Shown in pieces: positions 37,121-46,896 of a DNA stretch of 57,370 bases. Positions within the stretch are counted from its first letter, which is position 1, and each line of letters begins with the position of its first letter. The stretch lies in assembly GCA_023133275.1 (NCBI GenBank), contig JAGLWU010000027.1, positions 1-57,370 of the forward strand, given 5' to 3'. This stretch comes from Candidatus Moraniibacteriota bacterium. Lineage in GTDB: Bacteria > Patescibacteriota > Minisyncoccia > Moranbacterales > GCA-2747515. The notes below the pieces were generated by a model. It was not told where the DNA came from. It made no database searches and saw only the letters and a list, made by a program, of their open reading frames with translations. A program made the position numbers and the translations under genes.

Positions 37121-40100
37121 TTGTTTATAGATTTCGCAGTGGTTTTGTGGTATTATTTAGTTATGGAAAGAAATAAACTTAAAAAGTTTTTGAAAGTATT
37201 GGGTTATCAACCTCTTGATGGAGAGGTTGGTTTTTGGTTTAAAAAATATAATAATCATAATGATTATCAAATTATAGTTAAGGTTAATGATAATTTAAGA
37301 AATTCTAAAATTGATTGGGGAAATAAAATAAAAATTGGTAGAAAAAGTACCTCTAATTTTTCGCAAAATGAAACTTTTGTTGTTTTTGAATGTGTAAATA
37401 GATTATTAGAAAATGGAAATAAACCAGAAAGTTTAGTTTTAGAAAAAGAATGGAAGCTTGGTCATAAAGGAAAGGGATTTTTAGATATTCAGGTTTTAGA
37501 TGAAAGTGGAAAGAGCTTTTTGATGATTGAATGTAAGACTTTTGGTAAGGAGTACGATAAAGCTAAGAATGATACTGAAAAAGATGGAGGTCAGTTATTT
37601 GGATATTTCATTCAAGAAAGAAATACTAAATATATTTGTTTATATTCTTCTATTTTTGAGAATAATAAAATAAAATCTTTTAGTGATATTATAGTTGTTA
37701 ATAAAGAAATAAGAGGTTCTGAAAATAGTCGAGACGCTTTTGATTCTTGGCATCCTCAGATTTGGGAATCTAGGGGTGTGTTTGCTGTTGATGGAGTAAA
37801 ATTTAGAGGAATTGTTAAAGGGAATAAAGAAAATGATTTAGTGGACTTAACTGAAAAAGATGGAGGTAATATTTATAATCGTTTTGCTGAAATATTAAGA
37901 AAAAATGTTGTTTCTGATAAAACAAATGCCTTCAATAAAATTTTTAATTTATTTCTTTGTAAAATCGTTGATGAATTTGAGACAAGAAAAGGAAATGAAT
38001 ATGAATTTCAGTGGAAAGATGGAGAGAGTAATGAAGATGTTTTAATGCGTTTAAATGATTTGTATAAAAGAGGAATGTCCAGATATTTAGATTTAAAGAT
38101 TGAGGCTGTGTCAGAAAAGGAATTTGATGAGGCACTTGAAAACTTTGAATACAATAAATCAAAAATTGAAAAATTATTTATTCGACAAAAATTATATTCA
38201 GGAAATGAATTTGCATTTAAAGAGGTTTTTGATAAAGAAAGTTTTAATGAAAATTGTTTTGTAGTTAGGGAGGTTGTTAAGCTTCTAGAAAAATATAGAA
38301 TAAAATACACAACCAAACAGCAATTTTTAGGAGATTTTTTTGAACGACTTTTGAACACGGGAATTAAACAAGAGTCAGGTCAGTATTTTACACCCACTCC
38401 AATTGCATCTTTTATTTGTAAATCTATACCTTTTAAGAAAATTATTGAGGATAAAAATAAAAGAGAAAAACCTTATTTTTTGCCTTATATTATAGATTAT
38501 GCTTCAGGAGCTGGACATTTTCTTACTGAGGCTATGGAAGAAGTTGATCATCATATTAAAGACATTGATGGAGATTGGGTTTTATGTGGAGAAAAACATA
38601 AAAAAGAATTTCTTAAAAATAAAGATAATTTTGATTGGGCGAGTGAATATATTTATGGTATTGAAAAAGATTATAGATTAGCAAAAACAACAAAAATCAG
38701 CACTTTTTTAAATGGTGATGGAGATGCTAATGTTATCAGGGGAGATGGTCTTGATAGTTTTGAGAAAAGTGATGTTTATAAAGGAAAGTTAAAAGAATTT
38801 AATTTTGAAAATGAAAATAGAAAATTTGATATTTTAGTTGCAAACCCACCTTATTCTGTTGATGGGTTTAAAACAACATTAAGAGATGGTAAAGATTCTT
38901 TTGAGCTTTATCCTTATCTTACAGATCAGAGTAGTGAAATTGAGTGTCTTTTCATTGAAAGGGCTAAACAGTTACTCACAGAGGGAGGTATTGCAGGTAT
39001 TATTCTGCCATCTAGCATTTTAACCAATACGAGAATTTACTCTAAGACTAGGGAGATCATTTTTAAGTATTTTAATATTATAGGTATTACGGAATTAGGA
39101 CGTAATACTTTTATGAAGACACCTACAACTACGGTTGTTTTATTCTTAAAAAGAAAAAATAATAAAGATTTTGATGGGATTTTTAAAAAAGTGAAGCAAA
39201 GTTTTGATAATCAAAAAGACATTACTATAAATGGAATTGAAAAAGCTTACTCAAAATATTTGTCTTATGTTTGGCGTGATGAAGATAGTCAAGTTAATTT
39301 TGCAGATTATAAAACTTTAATTAATAAAAATCCAAATAAAAAAATTAAAAATCATGAGATTTTTCAAGAGTATGAAAAAAAGATAAAAGCTAAAGATAAG
39401 CAAGAGAAGTGGCAAAAGATTCATGATTTAGAAAAAGAAAAAATAACTTATTTTTTGAATGTTTATAATCAAAAAGTTGTTTTAATAAAAACTGGTGAGA
39501 AAAAAGAAGAGAAGAAATTTTTGGGTTACGAGTTTTCAGATAGACGAGGAGGTGAAGGAATTCATTCACTTCAAAGAGGTGAGGACATTAGTAAATGCAC
39601 TCAGCTTTTTGATGCTAAAAATCTTTACAATTCAGAAAAGGCTAGTACTTATATTTTGGAGGCTCTTGAGGGAAAAAAAGAAAGAAAAATTCCAGAAAAA
39701 TTAAAGGAAAATATTAGTCGTGTTGATTTGATTGATATGATGACTTTTGATCGTATTGATTTTGAGAAAAGTATTAATTTGAATGTTAAAAAAAAGATTA
39801 AAATTAAGAGTAAATGGGATTTTGTAAAATTAGAAACTGTTCTTTTTGAACAGCCTAAATCTAAAATAAAAGTAAAAACAGTCAATGACACAGAAAATGG
39901 AATTTATAATTTTTTTACCAGCGGTGAATCTATTTTAAATTTTAATAAATTTTTAGTAGATGGGAAAAATATATATCTTTCTACGGGAGGCAATGCCATT
40001 ATTAAATTTTTTGATGGAAAAGCAAGTTATTCTACAGATACTTTTGTTATACAAAGTAAAAACGAAAATTTAATAAAAACAAAATTAATATTTTATTTTA

Positions 40101-40837
40101 TTGAATATATAATTAAAGATATTGATAAATTTTATTTTAAAGGACAGGGATTAAGACATTTGCAAAAATCTGATTTTAGAGAAATAAAAATTCCTCTCCC
40201 ACCAATAGAAATTCAACAAAAAATTGTGGATGTGATTGAGTCTTTGGAGAAAAAAGAGAATGAGATAAAAAGGTCAATTAAAGTTATGAGGCAAGAAATT
40301 AGTAAAATTATTAATAATATTTCAGGGGAAGAAAAAACTTTAGAGTCTATTTGTGAAGATATTTTTGCTGGAGGAGATAAGCCAGAAAAATTTTCATATG
40401 AAAAAACAGAGGAATTAAATATTCCAATTTATGCTAATGCAGTAAAAAACAATGGATTATATGGCTATACAAATGTTTATAGAGTCAATAAGCCTTCTGT
40501 GACAGTTTCGGCAAGAGGTACAATTGGTTTTCCTATTGCAAGAAATGAAAAATTTTATCCTATAGTAAGATTAATTGTTATTATTTCTGGCGAACGATTA
40601 AAAAATAAATATTTGGAAATCGTTTTAAAAAATGCAAACATAGTTTCGAGTGGGACAAATATTCCACAATTAACGGTTCCAATGGTTCAGAATATGAAAG
40701 TTCCTTTTTTGCCTTTTTCTAAACAACAAAAAATAGTTTCTCAAATTGAAAAGATTGAAAATAAAATTTCGAAATTAGAAAAAGAATTGGAAGAAGTTCC
40801 AAAGAAAAAAGAAAAAATATTGAAAAAATATTTGTAA
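37121..40837 (+). CDS. Single-polypeptide restriction-modification enzyme (Type IIB/IIG-like). N-terminal PD-ExK nuclease, gamma-class N6-adenine methyltransferase, and two HsdS-like target-recognition domains.
   Basis: Nuclease motif LDIQVLDESGKSFLMIECK. MTase motif I (X) GQYFTPTPIASFI and motif IV LVANPPYS. The C-terminal half has two TRD-like repeats separated by coiled-coil conserved regions (…LKIPLPPIEIQQKIV…, …VPFLPFSKQQKIV…). No helicase/ATPase. Start is TTG at 37121 with a GGGGAG RBS; the alternative is ATG at 37163. Confidence 0.75.
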   Translation: MFIDFAVVLWYYLVMERNKLKKFLKVLGYQPLDGEVGFWFKKYNNHNDYQIIVKVNDNLRNSKIDWGNKIKIGRKSTSNFSQNETFVVFECVNRLLENGNKPESLVLEKEWKLGHKGKGFLDIQVLDESGKSFLMIECKTFGKEYDKAKNDTEKDGGQLFGYFIQERNTKYICLYSSIFENNKIKSFSDIIVVNKEIRGSENSRDAFDSWHPQIWESRGVFAVDGVKFRGIVKGNKENDLVDLTEKDGGNIYNRFAEILRKNVVSDKTNAFNKIFNLFLCKIVDEFETRKGNEYEFQWKDGESNEDVLMRLNDLYKRGMSRYLDLKIEAVSEKEFDEALENFEYNKSKIEKLFIRQKLYSGNEFAFKEVFDKESFNENCFVVREVVKLLEKYRIKYTTKQQFLGDFFERLLNTGIKQESGQYFTPTPIASFICKSIPFKKIIEDKNKREKPYFLPYIIDYASGAGHFLTEAMEEVDHHIKDIDGDWVLCGEKHKKEFLKNKDNFDWASEYIYGIEKDYRLAKTTKISTFLNGDGDANVIRGDGLDSFEKSDVYKGKLKEFNFENENRKFDILVANPPYSVDGFKTTLRDGKDSFELYPYLTDQSSEIECLFIERAKQLLTEGGIAGIILPSSILTNTRIYSKTREIIFKYFNIIGITELGRNTFMKTPTTTVVLFLKRKNNKDFDGIFKKVKQSFDNQKDITINGIEKAYSKYLSYVWRDEDSQVNFADYKTLINKNPNKKIKNHEIFQEYEKKIKAKDKQEKWQKIHDLEKEKITYFLNVYNQKVVLIKTGEKKEEKKFLGYEFSDRRGGEGIHSLQRGEDISKCTQLFDAKNLYNSEKASTYILEALEGKKERKIPEKLKENISRVDLIDMMTFDRIDFEKSINLNVKKKIKIKSKWDFVKLETVLFEQPKSKIKVKTVNDTENGIYNFFTSGESILNFNKFLVDGKNIYLSTGGNAIIKFFDGKASYSTDTFVIQSKNENLIKTKLIFYFIEYIIKDIDKFYFKGQGLRHLQKSDFREIKIPLPPIEIQQKIVDVIESLEKKENEIKRSIKVMRQEISKIINNISGEEKTLESICEDIFAGGDKPEKFSYEKTEELNIPIYANAVKNNGLYGYTNVYRVNKPSVTVSARGTIGFPIARNEKFYPIVRLIVIISGERLKNKYLEIVLKNANIVSSGTNIPQLTVPMVQNMKVPFLPFSKQQKIVSQIEKIENKISKLEKELEEVPKKKEKILKKYL

Positions 40838-40840
40838 AAA

Positions 40841-40866
40841 ATACGGAGTCAATCCGTATTTTTTAT
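40841..40866. terminator. Bidirectional terminator between the RM gene and recG
   Basis: Perfect stem ATACGGA-GTCAA-TCCGTAT followed by TTTTTT. Confidence 0.65.
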
Positions 40867-42950
40867 TACAAATGAGTAACACTTTTAAGTTCAGAAATAA
40901 TCTTTTTTAAAAGAAGGGACTTGTTCAATTCAAAATCATTTTTCAAAATTTCTTTAGCTTTTTCTCGAGCTAAAGTAACTAATTTCAAATTGTTAATATT
41001 TTTCATTGCACCATCAGTTAAACCACTTTGACGAGAACCGACAAATTCACCTGGTCCACGTAATTTTAAATCAATATCAGCTAGTTTAAAACCATCATTA
41101 TATTTTTCCATCGCCTGCAAGCGTTCGCTATTTATATTTTCACTAAATAAAAAACAATAAGACTGATGCTCGTCTCGACCAATACGACCGCGAAACTGGT
41201 GAAGTTGAGAAAGTCCAAAGCGTTCGGCATTTTCAATAATCATTAAAGTCGCATTTGGAATGTCCACACCAACCTCAATAACTGAAGTTGAGACTAAAAT
41301 ATTTATTTTTTTATTTTTAAAATCAGTCATTAAATTTTCCTTATCTTTAGATTTTAAACGACCGTGAAGCAATCCTAATTTTAAATCAGGAAAAATTTTA
41401 CTTTGCAATCTTTTATGTTCAGTGATGGCAGCTTTGACTTTTTTAATTGCTTCAGATTCCTCAACTAATGGAAGAATGATGTAGACTTGTTGACCCTTTT
41501 CTATTTCCTTTTTTATAAATTTATAAATAGATTTTTGATTAGTTGGAGAAATCACTTTAGTTTTAATTTCTTTTCTGTTCAAAGGTTTTTCATCCAATAC
41601 AGAAACATCTAAATCACCAAAAAGAGCGAGAGCAAAAGTTCGGGGAATGGGCGTAGCGGTCATAGTTAATAAATGAGGTTTTAAATTTTTTTCTTTACGA
41701 CTTAAATTTTCTTTTTGAGTGATGGCAGATCTTTGAGCAACTCCAAAACGGTGTTGTTCGTCTATTATCACTAATCCTAATTTCTCAAATTCAATATCTT
41801 CTTGAATAAGTGCATGCGTTCCGACTATTAAATTTATTTTTCCACTTTTAATTAATTCCAACATTTTTGGACGAGTAGTTTTTTTTGTCAAAGCAGGGTG
41901 CGATCCGTAAGTTTTATAAGTGCTGGTCAAAAGTCCAATTTCAAAATTATATTTTTCAAAAAAGTCGAGAAAAGTTTTAAAATGCTGGCTGGCTAAAACT
42001 TCAGTGGGAGCTAAAATAGTTACTTGAAAATTTTCATTAATACATTGTAGTGTAGCTATGACGGCGACTAAAGTTTTTCCTGCACCAACATCTCCATTGA
42101 GCAATCGATTCATTGGAGTTGATTTTTCTAAATCAGTTAATATTTGAAAAGAACTTTTTCGTTGAGCGTCTGTTGGTGCAAAAGGAAGTGTTTTAATAAA
42201 TTTTTGGATTAATTTTTTGTCGAATTTAATTTCAGGCGATTTTTGTTGCGAGAAATTTAAGCGAACTTTTAAAGTGGTCAATTGTAAAATTAGCATTTCT
42301 TCAAAAGCAAATCTTTTTTGGGCTAAAATTACTTCGTTCATTTTTTTTGGAAAATGAATCATTCGAAGGGCTGTTTTAAAATTTGGTAAATGTAATTCTT
42401 TTAAAATTGATTGGGGGATTGGATCGGGCAAATTAATTTTTTTGTCTAAAATTATTTGAATTTGCCAGCGAATCCATTTTGAAGTTAGTCCTGCTGTTTC
42501 GGGATAAATGGGTACAAGACGTCCAGTGTTGGTTGGAATTCGATTGGCTTTTTCAATTTCTGGTGCACTAAAAGATAATTCATTATTTTTATCATTAACT
42601 TTTCCACTTATTCTCACTTGGGTATTGATGGGAAATGAGCGTCCAATGTAAGATTGATTGAACCAAATAATTTTGATTGTTCCAGTTTTGTCTTCTAATA
42701 AAGCTTCGGTTAATAACATTTTTCTTCCATAAGTGCGAATAGTTTGGATGTCAATTATTGTTCCGATGACGGTGGATTCTAAATTAGGTTGAAGTTGATT
42801 GATTGAAAATATTTTGGAGTAGTCTTCATAACGAGACGGAAAATGTTTTAGTAAATCTTTTACGGTGAACAAATTTAATTTGGCTAATTTTTTGAAATAG
42901 TTTTTTTGAACTCTTGGCAGTTTTTCTAATTTTGTGTCTAAATTTATCAT
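40866..42950 (-). CDS. recG: ATP-dependent DNA helicase RecG
   Basis: N-terminal wedge/OB domain, Walker A GDVGAGKT, DEQH box, TATPIPRT, and motif VI QLHQFRGRIGR. Confidence 0.9.
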   Translation of the reverse strand: MINLDTKLEKLPRVQKNYFKKLAKLNLFTVKDLLKHFPSRYEDYSKIFSINQLQPNLESTVIGTIIDIQTIRTYGRKMLLTEALLEDKTGTIKIIWFNQSYIGRSFPINTQVRISGKVNDKNNELSFSAPEIEKANRIPTNTGRLVPIYPETAGLTSKWIRWQIQIILDKKINLPDPIPQSILKELHLPNFKTALRMIHFPKKMNEVILAQKRFAFEEMLILQLTTLKVRLNFSQQKSPEIKFDKKLIQKFIKTLPFAPTDAQRKSSFQILTDLEKSTPMNRLLNGDVGAGKTLVAVIATLQCINENFQVTILAPTEVLASQHFKTFLDFFEKYNFEIGLLTSTYKTYGSHPALTKKTTRPKMLELIKSGKINLIVGTHALIQEDIEFEKLGLVIIDEQHRFGVAQRSAITQKENLSRKEKNLKPHLLTMTATPIPRTFALALFGDLDVSVLDEKPLNRKEIKTKVISPTNQKSIYKFIKKEIEKGQQVYIILPLVEESEAIKKVKAAITEHKRLQSKIFPDLKLGLLHGRLKSKDKENLMTDFKNKKINILVSTSVIEVGVDIPNATLMIIENAERFGLSQLHQFRGRIGRDEHQSYCFLFSENINSERLQAMEKYNDGFKLADIDLKLRGPGEFVGSRQSGLTDGAMKNINNLKLVTLAREKAKEILKNDFELNKSLLLKKIISELKSVTHL

Positions 42951-43034
42951 TTGTGAATGTTATTTTTTGTTATATTTATTATACACTGGAATAGATTTTT
43001 AGATAGGTAGATGAGTAGATTTTTAGATTTGTAG

Positions 43035-43055
43035 AGACATTGCATTGCAATGTCT
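43035..43055. promoter_or_regulatory. Perfect 21-nt palindrome in the recG/cupin divergent promoter region (candidate operator)
   Basis: AGACATTGCA-T-TGCAATGTCT. Flanked upstream by two direct repeats TAGATTTTTAGAT (42992-43004 and 43016-43028). Confidence 0.45.
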
Positions 43056-43143
43056 TGAGGATGTTTGAAAATTTGATAGTGTTCAGTAGGTTTTTATTGT
43101 ATAATATTTAATATGGGAATTAATAGAATTAATTAAAATTAAT

Positions 43144-43497
43144 ATGAAAATTCAAAAAAAATCATTTAATTCAGTACTGTTAGAGGGAGCTCACGATGGA
43201 GCAGGTGGAAGACGACTTTATGTTGATCAAGGTGAGATTAATAATATTGATTGGCAAGCTATGACCTACGGTTATTTGCCTCCAAAAGGCGTTTTTGATT
43301 GGCATCATCATGATGATATTGAAGAGACAATGTTAGTTATAAAAGGAACGGGGGTAGTTAGCGATGAAGATGGTAACTACGAATATTCTGAGGGAGATTT
43401 GTTTATATTTCCAGCAAATACTAAACACAAAATAGAAAACCCTAGTGATCAACAGCATGAATATGTATTTGTAAGGGTTGCAACTAGGGAATTATAA
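43144..43497 (+). CDS. Cupin-domain protein
   Basis: Two-His motif HHHDDIEETMLVIKGTG and a second motif PANTKHKIEN. Confidence 0.55.
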   Translation: MKIQKKSFNSVLLEGAHDGAGGRRLYVDQGEINNIDWQAMTYGYLPPKGVFDWHHHDDIEETMLVIKGTGVVSDEDGNYEYSEGDLFIFPANTKHKIENPSDQQHEYVFVRVATREL

Positions 43498-43537
43498 ATG
43501 ATAATTGAGGTTTTAGTTAAAAATAATATTTTAAGTT

Positions 43538-43559
43538 TAAAAGTCCGTGCGGCTAGCAC
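43538..43559 (+). repeat. 21-nt GC-rich intergenic motif (variant)
   Basis: AAAAGTCCGTGCGGCTAGCAC. Confidence 0.75.
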
Positions 43560-43644
43560 TTTTTAAATTATTATGAAACGTAAAAAATAAAGTTTAACAT
43601 AATGATTATCATTATTTTGATAGATTAAATTTTTTTAAAATGCA

Positions 43645-43675
43645 AAAAGCCTCGGACATTGCCGAGACTTTTGTG
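43645..43675. terminator. Bidirectional terminator
   Basis: CTCGG-ACATTG-CCGAG stem with an A-run upstream and a T-run downstream. Confidence 0.5.
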
Positions 43676-43724
43676 TTAAAAGAACGAAGGTGTTTTTTTG
43701 TTTTTGCTTAAACTTAATTCAAGA

Positions 43725-44417
43725 TTATAAACCAGATACGTAATTTGTGTAAACATTCAAGTTTTGAAGTTGAGTGTCGTTCAAATTTTTAGCTGATTGG
43801 ATAGCTGTATCGATTGATTCGTTTGAGAAACTAACTGAAGTTCCTGGAGCGATTGTTCTGTTTGAAATATCTTTTTGCAAAGAATCTTCAATATATATTT
43901 TATGAGCAGGTGTTAATCCTTCTACATTATTTTCTGAAATATATTGAGCAGTAGCTTTACGAGCCAAATGAGTTAAACTATCTCCATAATTTGCGGTTAC
44001 TGTTATTTCGTCATCTTTTTGTTGAGAATTATTGTTTTTAATCTCAGTTTTAGTAGATGGTCCTTTGCCTCTGTCGGTATTCTCAGTAGAGTTTTCAGTT
44101 GGAGATATTGTTGTTTGTGTCTGATCATTTTCTGAAGTTCTGTTTGTTGTTGAATCAGGTTTAACTGATTCTGTATCGTTTGCTTTATTTCTTGAATCAG
44201 CATCTTTCGCTTCATTCACTGGTATTTCATCGATAACTTCTTCTTGTTGAGCCTTGTCATCTACGATTGCTCCTTCATTACTTGATTTTTTTGAATAAGA
44301 ATAAATCAAGAAAAATAGTATTAAAAGAGTGATCATAATGATAATTATAGCTTGCAAACTATCTTGTATCCAATTTGTGAATCTTTTGCCTTTACTTTCT
44401 TCCATAAAATCTTTCAC
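43725..44417 (-). CDS. Hypothetical membrane-anchored protein with a low-complexity S/T/N/D-rich ectodomain
   Basis: N-terminal TM AIIIIMITLLILFFLIYSY, then a compositionally biased region. Confidence 0.45.
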   Translation of the reverse strand: MKDFMEESKGKRFTNWIQDSLQAIIIIMITLLILFFLIYSYSKKSSNEGAIVDDKAQQEEVIDEIPVNEAKDADSRNKANDTESVKPDSTTNRTSENDQTQTTISPTENSTENTDRGKGPSTKTEIKNNNSQQKDDEITVTANYGDSLTHLARKATAQYISENNVEGLTPAHKIYIEDSLQKDISNRTIAPGTSVSFSNESIDTAIQSAKNLNDTQLQNLNVYTNYVSGL

Positions 44418-44627
44418 CTTCCTTTCTAGTTCTAAATTGTTAAAAATGGCTTACGTTGAAGCTATCAGTTTTCATAAAGAAAACAAACTACAGTCATTGT
44501 ACAGCGTTATCACAAGGAAATCAATATAGACAAAACAATGTTTTTCTGGTTTAATTATTTTATGGACTTTTTAAAATTTTACTAATAAGTTTATTAAATT
44601 CCTTTAATTTTTTACAAAAAATATTTC

Positions 44628-45116
44628 ATGAATTTTATTCTTATTTTAATTTTAGTATTAACAATAATTATTTTTATAATTGGACTAATTGGAATTATTA
44701 ATCCTATCATCCCTAGTTTACCAGTTATTTGGTTGGGTATTTTTATTTTCGTATATTTTGAAAATTTTCAATCGATCACTGTTCAGTTTGTAATTATCAC
44801 GGCGATTATTGCTGTGCTGGGAATGTTACTAGATTTTGTGTCTAATATTTTAGGTGTTAAATTTTTTGGATCGAGTTGGTATGGCGTGATGGGTTCTGTT
44901 GTAGGATGTATCGTTGGAATTATTATTTTTCAAATTATTGGAATGATTATTGGAACTTTTGTTGGAGCATTTTTGGGTGAATATTTTTTGCACAAAGATG
45001 GAAAGAAATCGTTGAAAGCAGGTTTAGGTTCTTTTCTCGGTTTTATTTTTGGCATTGCTACGAAAATTGTTTTATCTCTGGTGATGATTGGATGGTTTTT
45101 TATTTTGTTATTTTAA
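44628..45116 (+). CDS. Small polytopic membrane protein (DUF456-like)
   Basis: IGLIGIINPIIPSLPVIWLGIFIF resembles the DUF456 Gly/Pro motif. Four TM helices. Confidence 0.45.
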   Translation: MNFILILILVLTIIIFIIGLIGIINPIIPSLPVIWLGIFIFVYFENFQSITVQFVIITAIIAVLGMLLDFVSNILGVKFFGSSWYGVMGSVVGCIVGIIIFQIIGMIIGTFVGAFLGEYFLHKDGKKSLKAGLGSFLGFIFGIATKIVLSLVMIGWFFILLF

Positions 45117-45296
45117 GAAAAGTTTTGAATTAATAAGAATTTTGTAGGGGTAGTACCTTGTGCCTATCCATACGATAAATTTTAAATTTTGTGATAGGGT
45201 GAGCGCAATTATTTTCATAAAACTATTTTTTAAGTTTAAAATTTTCTTGTTAATAAAAAATAACCTTTATATTTTTTTGTTTAAAATATTTTTGTA

Positions 45297-45325
45297 TTGC
45301 GTATAAACTTTTTTTTGTTTATAAT
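45297..45325 (+). promoter_or_regulatory. Putative sigma70 promoter for the basic protein gene
   Basis: TTGCGT (45297-45302), 17-nt spacer, TATAAT (45320-45325). Confidence 0.5.
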
Positions 45326-45411
45326 AGAATTACAAAAACAAAAATAATTTTAAAAATTTAAATATTTTTTTTGTGTAATAAATTTATATAGAAAGGTAGG
45401 TGAAAATAATT

Positions 45412-45648
45412 ATGGCAGCACGCAAAAAAGTGGCTCGCAAAAAAACAACTCGTAAGAAGGTGGCTAAAAAGAAAGTAGCTAAGAAAAAAGCAGTACGTAA
45501 AACTACGCGTAAAAAAGTTGTTAAAAAAGCAAAGAAAAAAGTAGCGAGAAAGAAGACGGCTCGTAAAGCAACAAAAAAAACAGCACGTAAAAAGACGGCT
45601 AAAAGAAAAGTTGCAAAGAAAAAAGTGGTTCGTCGAAAAAGAAGATAG
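45412..45648 (+). CDS. Histone H1-like, highly basic repeat protein (nucleoid-associated candidate)
   Basis: 78 aa, more than 50% Lys/Arg, tandem KK(V/T)ARKKT(T/A)RKK repeats like Hc1/AlgP/BpH1 tails. RBS AGGTGA. The ORF track's GTG start at 45400 is less likely. Confidence 0.55.
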   Translation: MAARKKVARKKTTRKKVAKKKVAKKKAVRKTTRKKVVKKAKKKVARKKTARKATKKTARKKTAKRKVAKKKVVRRKRR

Positions 45649-45682
45649 TTTCTTACTCTATAGAAAATAAAAACAAAAATAA

Positions 45683-45720
45683 AACAAGCTTTGGTAATGC
45701 CCAGAGCTTGTTTTGTTTTT
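45683..45720 (+). terminator. Rho-independent terminator
   Basis: AACAAGCTTTGG / CCAGAGCTTGTT stem followed by TTTGTTTTT. Confidence 0.65.
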
Positions 45721-46107
45721 ATGAAAATTATTTTGAATAGATGATTTGTTTATAGAATTGAAAAAGTTTTTTGAGAATTTTTAAATTTGTAGATATTGTT
45801 GAAAATTTTGTTAAAAAAACACAATCATTTAATGGGTAAAGTAGGTAGCTGTAATGTTAATAATATGAAGAAATTTTTACGAAAAATTGATTTGCCGATT
45901 TATTTTTTTGAATAGGTTTTATTGAGATAAGGTTTTTCTGTTGGAATTTATTGGGAAAAGTGGTAATTATTTTAATGCTTGTAAAAAAATATTTCCATCC
46001 AGCTGATATTTAATTAAAATTTTAAACAAATTATTTTCTTTTTTTATAAAAAACAAAATAATTTTTTAGAGTTGACGCCCAATTTAATTGGGTGATGATA
46101 TGAGTTG

Positions 46108-46155
46108 AACAAGGGGTCATGACCCCTTGTTCAAAAAAGCCCGTGTGGCGAGCAC
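46108..46155 (+). repeat. 24-nt perfect palindrome plus 21-nt motif
   Basis: AACAAGGGGTCATGACCCCTTGTT (46108-46131) immediately followed by CAAAAAAGCCCGTGTGGCGAGCAC (46132-46155). Confidence 0.8.
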
Positions 46156-46255
46156 AAAATTAGTTTAAAAATAAGTCAAAAAAATTCTTAAAATTTTACA
46201 ACAAACTTGCATTATGTTATAATAAAATGGAAGTTAAAAATAAATATAAAACTTT

Positions 46256-46567
46256 ATGGAATGTCAAAATAATGAAAAATCAACGATCATTAGCACTTTG
46301 TCTGAGATGGTTGGATCAATGTTAAAGGTTGTGCAGACAGGTATTGTAGAGCGAATAGAAAAAGTTGCTAGTCGTATTGTTCGGGATGTGGTGGGAGTAA
46401 TTATTTTTGCTTTACTGGGCTTGGTGGGATTCACTTTTTTTCTGGTTGGAGCGTCAATTTGGTTGGGTGATTTTTCAGGATTAGGATTAGGATTTGGGTT
46501 AATGTCGACAGGTGGAGTAGTTTTTATTCTTGCTTTATTGATAGGGTTAATTCAAAGAATTAAATAA
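46256..46567 (+). CDS. Hypothetical small membrane protein (2 TM)
   Basis: Two Gly-rich hydrophobic helices. Lies 26 bp upstream of the ElaB-like gene. Confidence 0.4.
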   Translation: MECQNNEKSTIISTLSEMVGSMLKVVQTGIVERIEKVASRIVRDVVGVIIFALLGLVGFTFFLVGASIWLGDFSGLGLGFGLMSTGGVVFILALLIGLIQRIK

Positions 46568-46593
46568 AATTTTAATTAAATTAATATAAAAAT

Positions 46594-46872
46594 ATGGGAA
46601 ATAAATGTGATAATGAAGAAGGCATGAAAAAGCATTATTGTAATGCTAGGGAAAAAGCTGAAGAAATTAAAGAGATAACTTCTGAAAAGATGGAAAAAGT
46701 AAAAGAAATGACTTCTGAAAAAGTTGAGGATGTTAAAGAGAAAGCTCAAGAAGTGAGAGAAAATACTCAAGATTATATCAAAAAAAATCCTGAAAAATCT
46801 GTTAGTATTGCGGCTGGAGTTGGTGCGGCTGTTGGTGTTGCTTTTGCGTTTTTGTTTAGGCGTAGGAAATAG
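46594..46872 (+). CDS. ElaB/YqjD/DUF883-family tail-anchored protein
   Basis: Charged coiled-coil N-terminus. C-terminus NPEKSVSIAAGVGAAVGVAFAFLFRRRK matches the DUF883 C-terminal anchor (ENPW.SVGIAAGVG…LL.RR). Confidence 0.5.
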   Translation: MGNKCDNEEGMKKHYCNAREKAEEIKEITSEKMEKVKEMTSEKVEDVKEKAQEVRENTQDYIKKNPEKSVSIAAGVGAAVGVAFAFLFRRRK

Positions 46873-46896
46873 ATTGAACTTGAATTTTATAAAATG

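Noticed and set aside
45400-45411. GTG start at 45400 for the basic protein (MKIIMAARKK…)
   Set aside because: The ATG at 45412 has better RBS spacing (AGGTGA, 8 nt), and the first four codons of the longer frame add nothing recognisable. I preferred the shorter form.
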